From Octopus bimaculoides (taxonomy: Eukaryota), in the NCBI RefSeq assembly GCF_001194135.2, contig NC_069008.1:1130330-1194329 (forward strand): a DNA stretch of 64,000 nucleotides, written 5' to 3'. The notes beneath the pieces are model-generated. The model saw only the letters and a program-made list of their open reading frames with translations. It did no database searches and was not told the origin of the DNA. Positions 14,087-25,693 of the stretch are shown in pieces. Each line of letters opens with the position of its first letter. Positions within the stretch are counted from its first letter, which is position 1. Both the position numbers and the translations under genes were made by a program.

Positions 14087-14395
14087 GGTTGGCACAATGG
14101 AAAGAAGGAGTGGGGAGATTGCTGAAATGTTAGAGCTACACCATGTTGATGTGTGTGTGGTGTGCATGAAGTGAGATGGAGGGGAGCCTCAGCTAGATTG
14201 CTCACGGGTAAGAGACAGAGATTCAAATTCTTCTAGGTCTGCAGGAAGGATGGAGTAGGTGGTGTACACATACTCTTAGCACAAAAGTGGGTAGATATGG
14301 TAATTGAGGTAATCAGAGTAAGTGAAAGGCTAATTAAGGCGAGACTTATGATAGGTAAATTAACAGTTACATTTATCACTGCCTATGCTCCTCAG
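14087..14395 (+). mobile_element. RTE-like LINE apurinic-endonuclease fragment
   Basis: VGTMERRSGEIAEMLE...VDVC...EVRWRGASAR, then VIEVIRVSERLIKARLMIG...ITAYAPQS, with frameshifts. Confidence 0.75.
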
Positions 14396-14743
14396 TCATG
14401 GTTCCGGGTTCAGTCCCACTGCGTGGCACCTTGGGCAAGTGTCTTCTACTATAGCCTTGGGATGACCAAAGCCTTGTGAGTGGATTTGGTAGATGGAAAA
14501 TGAAAGAAGCCTGTCATATATATATATATATATGTTCGTGTGTGTGTGTGTCCCAACATCGCTTGACAACCAATGCTGGTGTGTTTACATCCCCCATAAC
14601 TTAGCAGTTTGGCAAAATAGACCGATAGAATAAGTACTAGGCTTACAAAGAATAAGTCCTGGGGTCGATTTGCTCGACTAAAGGTGGTGCTCCAGCATGG
14701 CCGCAGTCAAACGACTGAAAACAAATAAAAGAGTAAAAGAGTA

Positions 14744-14790
<47 letters not shown>

Positions 14791-15086
14791 TTTCTTAATG
14801 ATGTAATATAAAAAAAATATCAAATATCTTGGTGTGTGACTTTTGACTCACCTGTGTATATAAATATATATTGAAATGCACATGCATATATGGATGTATA
14901 TGTAAATAAGCATTCATGCACAAACTGATGCTCACATAAACATACATGCACACAAGCACAAACAAATATACACACACATGGACATGCATATACATGCAGA
15001 TATACATGCAAACACACACATACATATATGAATATATGTATGTATGTATGTATATTTACATGTGTATGTATGTATGTGTATATTAC

Positions 15087-15131
<45 letters not shown>

Positions 15132-16071
15132 TACAAATATATATATATATACATNNNNNNNNNNNNNNNNNNNNNNNNNNNNNNNNNNNNNNNNNNNNNN
15201 NNNNNNNNNNNNNNNNNNNNNNNNNNNNNNNNNNNNNNNNNNNNNNNNNNNNNNNNNNNNNNNNNNNNNNNNNNNNNNNNNNNNNNNNNNNNNNNNNNNN
15301 NNNNNNNNNNNNNNNNNNNNNNNNNNNNNNNNNNNNNNNNNNNNNNNNNNNNNNNNNNNNNNNNNNNNNNNNNNNNNNNNNNNNNNNNNNNNNNNNNNNN
15401 NNNNNNNNNNNNNNNNNNNNNNNNNNNNNNNNNNNNNNNNNNNNNNNNNNNNNNNNNNNNNNNNNNNNNNNNNNNNNNNNNNNNNNNNNNNNNNNNNNNN
15501 NNNNNNNNNNNNNNNNNNNNNNNNNNNNNNNNNNNNNNNNNNNNNNNNNNNNNNNNNNNNNNNNNNNNNNNNNNNNNNNNNNNNNNNNNNNNNNNNNNNN
15601 NNNNNNNNNNNNNNNNNNNNNNNNNNNNNNNNNNNNNNNNNNNNNNNNNNNNNNNNNNNNNNNNNNNNNNNNNNNNNNNNNNNNNNNNNNNNNNNNNNNN
15701 NNNNNNNNNNNNNNNNNNNNNNNNNNNNNNNNNNNNNNNNNNNNNNNNNNNNNNNNNNNNNNNNNNNNNNNNNNNNNNNNNNNNNNNNNNNNNNNNNNNN
15801 NNNNNNNNNNNNNNNNNNNNNNNNNNNNNNNNNNNNNNNNNNNNNNNNNNNNNNNNNNNNNNNNNNNNNNNNNNNNNNNNNNNNNNNNNNNNNNNNNNNN
15901 NNNNNNNNNNNNNNNNNNNNNNNNNNNNNNNNNNNNNNNNNNNNNNNNNNNNNNNNNNNNNNNNNNNNNNNNNNNNNNNNNNNNNNNNNNNNNNNNNNNN
16001 NNNNNNNNNNNNNNNNNNNNNNNNNNNNNNNNNNNNNNNNNNNNNNNNNNNNNNNNNNNNNNNNNNNNNNN

Positions 16072-16803
16072 NCTTCACCAACACCACCACCACCATCATC
16101 ATCATTATCATCTTCACCATCATCATCATCATCATCATCTTCACCAACACCACCATCATCATCATCTTCACCACCACCATCATCATCATCATTATCATCT
16201 TCACCATCATCATCATCTTCACCAACACCACCATCATCATCACCACCACCACCACTGCTGCTGCCGCTGTCACCACCACCATCATCACAACTGTCATCAT
16301 AATCATTATTGTCACCACTATGATTTCCATCACTACCACTACTACCACCACCACAACTGTAACCATCAATGCCACTACTGCCTCCACCACTGCTACAACC
16401 ATAAACATTACCAACACTACCACTACATCCATCAATACTACCACCAACACCACCACAGTTACTGCTAAAACCACTACCACTACGACCATAGCTGTCAACA
16501 TTACTACCACCATAACCATCATCATTATTTACTACCACCACTAACACTACCTGCAACACCACCACCACCACTAAAACTACTACCGCTACAACCATAACCA
16601 TCACCACAGCCACCACCACTTCCACTAAAACCCCTACCACCATAACCATCATCATTATTTACTACCACCACTACCACTACCTGCAACACCACCACCACTA
16701 CAACCATTATCTCTCCTGTCACCACTACCACCACCACTACAAACATTATCACTCCTGTCACTACTACTACAGCTGTCACCACTACCACCACCACCACCAC
16801 CAT
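16072..16803. repeat. Compound CAT/CAC/TAC trinucleotide microsatellite field (representative of many)
   Basis: Similar fields at 5200-5330, 6350-6660, 8680-9200, 24900-25110, 28940-29180 and 47130-47710; (AT)n, (GT)n and (GA)n occur throughout. Confidence 0.9.
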
Positions 16804-17375
16804 GCAGTGAATGATCCCCTCTTCACCCTAGCCATTTTTAAAAAACCCACATCATTCCACATTTATCTCCACCACTGTTCCAATCATTCACACCATATTA
16901 TTCGGTCAAATCCCAAATCCTAATTTTCACCTTGACAAAGACAGACTTACTGTCGAAATATCGTTCAACCAATAGAATATCTATTACAATCAAATCACAC
17001 TCTTCGTCTTTGAGAAAAGTTATGTCAATCCTTTTAAAATACTATCATTATTATTATTATTATTATTATTATGCTGTATTTTTTCTTCTTTCTTCAAATT
17101 TTCTTCCATTTCTCGCCGAGTGTTTTCCCTACACCTAGGGCAGAGAAACTTGTATGCATTCCCAGTTTACACATGCAAATTCACAGGTAAAATATGTATT
17201 TAAGAAAAAAAAAAAAAAATTCATGAATGGATGTTGTTTTCACAGCGATAATGCTCTTCTCAGTACATGAGTAGTTCCAGTTAGCACGATTTTTTGCACT
17301 TCCTGCAGGGATGGTAAGCCTGGTGTCATTTTCAAATAGGTTTCAGTACTTTTTTTTTTATCATTCCTAGAGATT

Positions 17376-17431
<56 letters not shown>

Positions 17432-17981
17432 ATCTGTATATTTACAATATGAATATCTTTATTATGTTTCAATTACTTTGATCTCTGCTCTTGTTAAGAT
17501 GTAAAGAGTTTAACAGAACATCCTTTATGCCATTCCTAAAACAGAGGGCCACATATTAGCAACAACATTAAAAACAGTAATGAAGAAGATGATGATCTTC
17601 ATGAATACGATGATGATGATAAGAAGATTAACAGCAATAATAATAAGGCTTATTTTTTTATTACAAAGTACCACAATGAATTTTCTGTGGGTTGGACGGA
17701 TATTCAAGTTTTTAATATTTACAAGAGAGGTTTCAGCAGTAATATATTATTTTTGGCCACTTAAAATTAAATATATATTGCATAAAATGTGTGTGTGTGT
17801 ATATACATATATATATATAGGTACAAGAATGGTTGTGTGGTAAGAAGCTTGCTTCCCAATCACATGGTTCCAGGTTCAGACCCACTGCATGGCACCTTGG
17901 ACAAGTGTCTTCTACCATAGCCTTGGGCCAACCAAAGCCTTGTGAGTGGATTTGGTAGACGGAAACTGAAAGAAGCCTGCC

Positions 17982-18020
<39 letters not shown>

Positions 18021-20116
18021 TATATATATATTTATGCCTGTGTTTGTCCTCCACCAAAAAGTACTGGAGTGCTTAAGTCCTTGTAACTTAGTGGTACCAG
18101 GCTTAAAAAAGAAAGTCCTGGGATTGATTTGTTCGACTAAAACCCTTCAAAGCGGTGCTCAAACATGGCTGCAGTCAAATGACTGAAAAAAGTAAAAGAA
18201 AAGATATATATATACATATCTATCAAAAAGTATCAATAATCCTTTCTGAGTCATAAGCTCATAAAGCTACTTTCCCCAGATACTGTGGCATATATATTAT
18301 CCACCCGACTCCCCAGGTGACCAAAGATCATGAGTGGATTTGGTAGAGGTTAAAACTGAAAGAAGCCCATAGTATATATGTAAATTTATGTGTGTGTGTG
18401 TGTGTGTCCCCCCTCATCTCACCGCTTGACAACCAGTGCTGGTGCATTTAGAACAAGTATTAGTCTTTAAAGAAATAAGTACTGGGCTCAGTACATCCAA
18501 CTGAAAATTCTTCAAGGTGGTGCCCCAGTATGGCCACAGTCTAACGACTGAAACAAGTAAAAGATAAAAGATGTATATATATATATATATATCAGAAAGG
18601 ACCAGAGGTCCTTTCCAAGCTAGGCCTATAGAGCCGGTTTCCCTAATTTTGTGGCGTATATACCCCCTACATGGATGGGATGCGAATCCATCGCAGGATT
18701 ATTCATTTTTGTCAGCTGAGTGAGTAAAATGAAGTGTTTTACTGAAGGACATAATGCATCGCCCAGTTCAGGAATTGAAACCACAATCTACTGATCATGA
18801 GTACAGAACCCTAACAAACCTCCAATCATACACACATACACGTCATCATCATCATTTAAAATCCGCTTTCCATGTTGGCATGGGTCAGATGGTCTGACAG
18901 AAGCTGGCTAGGCAGAAGACAACACCAGACATCAGAGTCTGTTTTGACACAGGTTTTACGGCTGGATGCTCTTCCTAACACCAACCTTTCCACAGAGTGG
19001 ACTGAGTGCTTTTTACATGGCACCTGCATAGGTGAGGTCAGTTTTGGCATGGTTTTTACAGCTGGGTGCACTTCCAAACACCAACCACTTTACATACCGA
19101 AGGGCTTGGTAAAAATTATCAATTATTAATAAATTAATAATNNNNNNNNNNNNNNNNNNNNNNNNNNNNNNNNNNNNNNNNNNNNNNNNNNNNNNNNNNN
19201 NNNNNNNNNNNNNNNNNNNNNNNNNNNNNNNNNNNNNNNNNNNNNNNNNNNNNNNNNNNNNNNNNNNNNNNNNNNNNNNNNNNNNNNNNNNNNNNNNNNN
19301 NNNNNNNNNNNNNNNNNNNNNNNNNNNNNNNNNNNNNNNNNNNNNNNNNNNNNNNNNNNNNNNNNNNNNNNNNNNNNNNNNNNNNNNNNNNNNNNNNNNN
19401 NNNNNNNNNNNNNNNNNNNNNNNNNNNNNNNNNNNNNNNNNNNNNNNNNNNNNNNNNNNNNNNNNNNNNNNNNNNNNNNNNNNNNNNNNNNNNNNNNNNN
19501 NNNNNNNNNNNNNNNNNNNNNNNNNNNNNNNNNNNNNNNNNNNNNNNNNNNNNNNNNNNNNNNNNNNNNNNNNNNNNNNNNNNNNNNNNNNNNNNNNNNN
19601 NNNNNNNNNNNNNNNNNNNNNNNNNNNNNNNNNNNNNNNNNNNNNNNNNNNNNNNNNNNNNNNNNNNNNNNNNNNNNNNNNNNNNNNNNNNNNNNNNNNN
19701 NNNNNNNNNNNNNNNNNNNNNNNNNNNNNNNNNTATAGATATATATATATGTTGTTTATGGTTTAAAAATATGGCATTATGAAAAATAAGAGAATAATGT
19801 TCTTCCTAAAAATGGCACAATATAGCTGCAATCTTGTTCGTATGCCTGGAGTGATTTGGGTGACTGACAGTATGAGCAGTGGGTTCAAGAAGGGGCTCAA
19901 TGACTGTACAACAGGAGAGGGGGAAGTCTGTGGTGAAGGGGTGTGAGGTGTGATGGATGGATAGAAAGAGGGCAAGGTGAGATGTACTTTAAGAATCTCA
20001 ACTGGCCTTAAGCGTTTGTTTTTGGTTATATTAATTCCGAAGAGGCTTCAACATCTGTCTCAATGAACAGGTACAGATAGGTGTACACACGCACATACAC
20101 ACATAAATATGTGTAT

Positions 20117-20161
<45 letters not shown>

Positions 20162-20463
20162 TACATCAAGGTAATACTATAAGGTAAAAAATTACGGTAT
20201 TACCTTGATGGTTATTTAGGCATGTTATAACACTTGATATTATTGTTTACAATAATATCCTTATATATATTTTTACATTTATATATATGTATTCATATAT
20301 ATATATACATATCTGTGTATTCATACACACACATATATGTTTATTCATATATACATATATATACACACACACATATATATATACATAAATACATATGTAT
20401 ATATATATCATCATCATCATCATCATCGTTTAACGTCCGCTTTCAATGCTAGCATGGGTTGGA

Positions 20464-20500
<37 letters not shown>

Positions 20501-21121
20501 NNNNNNNNNNNNNNNNNNNNNNNNNNNNNNNNNNNNNNNNNNNNNNNNNNNNNNNNNNNNNNNNNNNNNNNNNNNNNNNNNNNNNNNNNNNNNNNNNNNN
20601 NNNNNNNNNNNNNNNNNNNNNNNNNNNNNNNNNNNNNNNNNNNNNNNNNNNNNNNNNNNNNNNNNNNNNNNNNNNNNNNNNNNNNNNNNNNNNNNNNNNN
20701 NNNNNNNNNNNNNNNNNNNNNNNNNNNNNNNNNNNNNNNNNNNNNNNNNNNNNNNNNNNNNNNNNNNNNNNNNNNNNNNNNNNNNNNNNNNNNNNNNNNN
20801 NNNNNNNNNNNNNNNNNNNNNNNNNNNNNNNNNNNNNNNNNNNNNNNNNNNNNNNNNNNNNNNNNNNNNNNNNNNNNNNNNNNNNNNNNNNNNNNNNNNN
20901 NNNNNNNNNNNNNNNNNNNNNNNNNNNNNNNNNNNNNNNNNNNNNNNNNNNNNNNNNNNNNNNNNNNNNNNNNNNNNNNNNNNNNNNNNNNNNNNNNNNN
21001 NNNNNNNNNNNNNNNNNNNNNNNNNNNNNNNNNNNNNNNNNNNNNNNNNNNNNNNNNNNNNNNNNNNNNNNNNNNNNNNNNNNNNNNNNNNNNNNNNNNN
21101 NNNNNNNNNNNNNNNNNNNNN

Positions 21122-21169
21122 GCTGTCCTTTCTCTCCTCTTCTTCTTTTCCTTCCAGTGAAGTAGTTGC
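21122..21169 (-). CDS. AHI1: AHI1 exon, truncated by assembly gap ([16 protein letters not shown]...)
   Basis: Strong ttgtttgcag| acceptor; phase 0; the open frame runs into gap 20501-21121. Confidence 0.6.
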
Positions 21170-22124
21170 CTGCAAACAAAAAGAAAGAAAGATTGAGTAC
21201 AAATGAGAGAACGAAAGAGAGGGAGAGAGAGAAACAAGAGTTTGTGAAAAGACAATGATGAAGGCCACAACACATACCCTTGTCTCTTTCGTTGCTGTGT
21301 GCTTTATTATTATATACACCACGTACCTATGTCACAACATGCCCTAATTAACATGTTACAGAGTGCACATGTATCATAGGATACATCGCAACATGTATAT
21401 AGTGTACCCTGCTATAGTGTACCCTATGTATACATGTTACAGTGTGTCACACATACCCATGTTATAGTATATCCCATGTTACAATTACCAATATTACAAT
21501 GTACTCATGTCACAGTGTACCCATATTACAACATACTCGCATTACAATGTACCCATATTACAACGTACCCATATTACAATGTATCCATGTCATAATGTAC
21601 CATATAACAATGTACCCATGTTTAAAGTACCCATGTTACAATGTATGCATGTCATAATATACTCTTATCATAGAATACCCACATTACAATGTATTGATGT
21701 AACAATGTACCCATGCCATAGTGTACCATGTAACAATGTACCCCTGCCTTAGTGCACCCACAATGCAATATACCCACTTCATAGAATACCCACATTACAA
21801 TGTACCCATGTTATAGATACCTGTAGTACACTGTACCCACACTATCAATCTACCCAATCTGGTGACGCTTCCAAAAGTAATTTTATTCAGTGATACCCTT
21901 ATTGGATTTTCACTTATGTGTGTCTCTGGGTAGGGATGAATGTGCCTGAATAGTGTATGTGCCAGAGGATAGTGTGAGGGTCTATTTCTTGTATGTATGT
22001 GTGAAAGTGGAAGTGTATGTATGTGTGTGTGTGTGTGTGTGTGTATGCATGTGTATGTGTGAGGTTTATGTGTGTGCACATGTGTGAACGAGTGGCTGCA
22101 CATGTGTGCTTCTGTGGGTATGTG

Positions 22125-22162
<38 letters not shown>

Positions 22163-22324
22163 TGTCTGTGTATGCATATAGGGGTTCTGTAGGAGTGTGT
22201 GAACTGGTATAAATGTTTTACTTACTTGAGGAAGGGCCAATTTACTGTTAAGGAGCAGGCTGGCATCTTGAACACAACTAGTACTTGGTTCCACACTCAT
22301 TGCTATGGTGATAGAAGGAAAAAA

Positions 22325-22361
<37 letters not shown>

Positions 22362-23555
22362 CATCATTTATGGTTTCCTTTCATTATAACTTTATTTCAG
22401 CTGCCTTAGTACCAAGCATCCTCCGGAGGCCAAGAGTAGCAAGGGCACTTTTGTTTTGCTCTACATGCTAAAATTATCACCACATTTATTCCATTTTAGA
22501 TGGAGAGTGTTTTCCATAGTATATGGGCTGAACCCATCAAGATTATCTTTTGTAGTTCACGGAGATTGGAGTTATATATCTGACTGAGGACTGGTGAACC
22601 AGATGGCTACACCAGGCTCCAATCTGATCTGGCAGAGTTTCTACAGCTGGATGCCCTTCCTAACGCCAACCACTCCGAGAGTGTAGTGGGTGCTTTTACG
22701 TGCCACCGGCACGAGGGCCAGTTACACGGTACTGGCAACGGCCACGCTCAAAAAGGTGTTTTTTACGTGCCACCTGCATGGGAGCCAGTCAAGTGGCACT
22801 GACAACGACCTCGCTCGAATGATTTTCTAACGTGCCACCGGCACAAGGGCTTGAGGGTGGTGATGCTGATGATGAGGATGAAAGTGTGCTAACTTACAGA
22901 GCTTGTTTAGGTCTCTGTCAGTGTCGTTCAAGGAAGGGTACGGATGTACAGTCAGAGAAGATTCCTTCAATTTTGATGTGTTCAGCATTTTTGGGATGTG
23001 TGGAGAGAAGAGTGAGGGTGTCAATGCCTAGACAGAAAAAGAAAACAAACAAATATTATACACAGACATCTCAAAAGTTAACAGATGCCCCTCGTAAAAA
23101 CAGTTTATCTGGTGCTTTAAACTTATTAATGCATTATTTTGAGCATGGCCGTTGCCAGTACCGCCTGACTGGCCTTCGTGCCGGTGGCACGTAAAAGCAC
23201 CCACTACACTCTCGGAGTGGTTGGCGTTAGGAAGGGCATCCAGCTGTAGAAACTCTGCCAGATCAGAATGGAGCCTGGTGCTGCCATCCGGTTTCACCAG
23301 TCCTCAGTCAAATCGTCCAACCCATGCTAGCATGGAAAGCGGACGTTAAACGATGATGATGATGATGATGATAATGATGATGAATGAACAATAATTTCAG
23401 AAAACTTGTGTTAAACAGATTGGTAACAGTTACAAACTTACAGAGACAGAGTTCAATTTCTTCAAGATCCTTTCGTAGCGGATTCTGTCTTCCAAGCGGT
23501 AGCCATCTTTTTCTTCAAACCTATCAGTCATTGCTATATTTCTGCATGAAAAAAG

Positions 23556-23596
<41 letters not shown>

Positions 23597-25660
23597 CACA
23601 GGAGTGGCTGTGTCGTAAGGAGCTTGATTCCCAACCAAATGGTTCTGGGTTCAGTCCTACTGCGTGGCACCTTGGGCAAGTGTCNNNNNNNNNNNNNNNN
23701 NNNNNNNNNNNNNNNNNNNNNNNNNNNNNNNNNNNNNNNNNNNNNNNNNNNNNNNNNNNNNNNNNNNNNNNNNNNNNNNNNNNNNNNNNNNNNNNNNNNN
23801 NNNNNNNNNNNNNNNNNNNNNNNNNNNNNNNNNNNNNNNNNNNNNNNNNNNNNNNNNNNNNNNNNNNNNNNNNNNNNNNNNNNNNNNNNNNNNNNNNNNN
23901 NNNNNNNNNNNNNNNNNNNNNNNNNNNNNNNNNNNNNNNNNNNNNNNNNNNNNNNNNNNNNNNNNNNNNNNNNNNNNNNNNNNNNNNNNNNNNNNNNNNN
24001 NNNNNNNNNNNNNNNNNNNNNNNNNNNNNNNNNNNNNNNNNNNNNNNNNNNNNNNNNNNNNNNNNNNNNNNNNNNNNNNNNNNNNNNNNNNNNNNNNNNN
24101 NNNNNNNNNNNNNNNNNNNNNNNNNNNNNNNNNNNGCAAAGTGTAGCATTCATTCTCATCGTTTGATATTTACATATGTGTGTGTGTGTGTGTGTGTGTA
24201 TGTGTGTGTCCTTTATTTGTGAGTTAAGGCAACCATTGGTTTCATGTTAAGAAGAGTGGGATAATATCCCAGAATCTTAACAAATTTTCAAGCTGATCAC
24301 ATGGAGAAAGGTGTTTGCCTCCATTTTGGAATCCAACGTTCTATTTTTATGTGTGTATAATCCATTCCTCTACTATTTCTGTCTCCGATGAAGGGATACA
24401 TTGGATTTTGCCTGAAACAGCTGTAAGACTTTATCCATCAAATATATTTCTAACTTTGCCATTGTTCTCTTTATCCTTTTCTCTCTTTATACATACACAC
24501 GCTAATACACGACCAATGTTATATTCCCCACTCATGTTGATACAACGAAAGGGGCAAAACTAGTTGGTATACAGCACTTACTCAGTATTACCTGTATCTT
24601 TGGGTTTGGTTGAATCCAATACCCTTCTTAACCTTATATATATATATTATACATATGTATGTGTGTGTGTGTTACTGTCGCCTTGCCTTGATATAGTGAG
24701 ATAGCTATAAGTGAGTGCCACCATAGCACAAGTGGTATCCTCCATTTCCAATCTTCTGTGAAAATATGTCTGGCCATGGGGGAATACCACTTTATCGGGA
24801 AACAGGGGAGGGATGGCGACAGGAAGGGCATCCAGTTAAAGGGAATCTGCCTTAATAAAGTCTAACTGACCCATCCAAGCATGGAAAAGTGGATGATAAA
24901 ACAATGATGATGATGATGACGATGATGATGATGACGATGATGATGATGACAATGATGATGATGACGATGATGATGATGGTGACAGTGATGATGGTGACTG
25001 ATGATGATGACGGTGATGATAATGATGATGATGATGACAATGATGATGATGATGATGAAAATGCCAATTATGATGATGATGGTGATTGTGATAATGAAAA
25101 TGATGATGATACCAAGAACCATATATATTCACAGGTGTTGTAATAGAAAATGAAAAACAAAGAAGGCTTACCTGCTGGTGAGAGTGGTAGGAGTTGGAGG
25201 GGTGGAAGTAACGAGTGTCTTCGCAGTAGGTGCCACGACTTCAGGTTTCGTAACTGTCGAACAAAGAAACCAAATATTGCATTCGAAGCTGCAGTATGAG
25301 GGACGGAAAAGCCAAAGTTCTTACCTTGAGCTGGTGAAACTAACTTAAAAAAAAAAAAAGAGTAAAACTACTCAATATCCTGACACAAACTCAATGTGTG
25401 ACCCTGTACAGGGTGCAGCACGTATATTTATTCATTATTCAAACAGACTAATTTACACATTATTTAACATAATTTACTTTTTGTTCACACACAATAATTC
25501 AGCCATTATTTAATATAATTTACTTGTGGCTGCGTGGTAAGGAGCTGGCTTCTCAACCACATGCTTCCGGGTTCAGTCCCATTGTGTGTCTTCTACTTTA
25601 GCCTTGGGCTAACCAAAGCCTTGTGGAAGATTTTGGTAGGCAGAAACTGAAAGAAGCCCG

Positions 25661-25693
<33 letters not shown>

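Noticed and set aside
17540-17763. Plus-strand open stretch (NNIKNSNEEDDD...GWTDIQVFNIY)
   Set aside because: No start codon or convincing splice sites; half is low complexity; no recognisable motif.
18230-18300. Minus-strand KVAL*AYDSER resembling the SH3 start VALYDY
   Set aside because: In-frame stop, no following SH3 motifs, and it is adjacent to a SINE fragment.
21345-21840. CRISPR-like array
   Set aside because: The units are directly tandem with no unique spacers, the context is eukaryotic, and there are no cas genes.
22390-22560. Extra exon-like stretches in the AHI1 intron ([21 protein letters not shown]; [16 protein letters not shown])
   Set aside because: They need GC or weak sites or incompatible phases; the chain 22898 to 22302 already closes.
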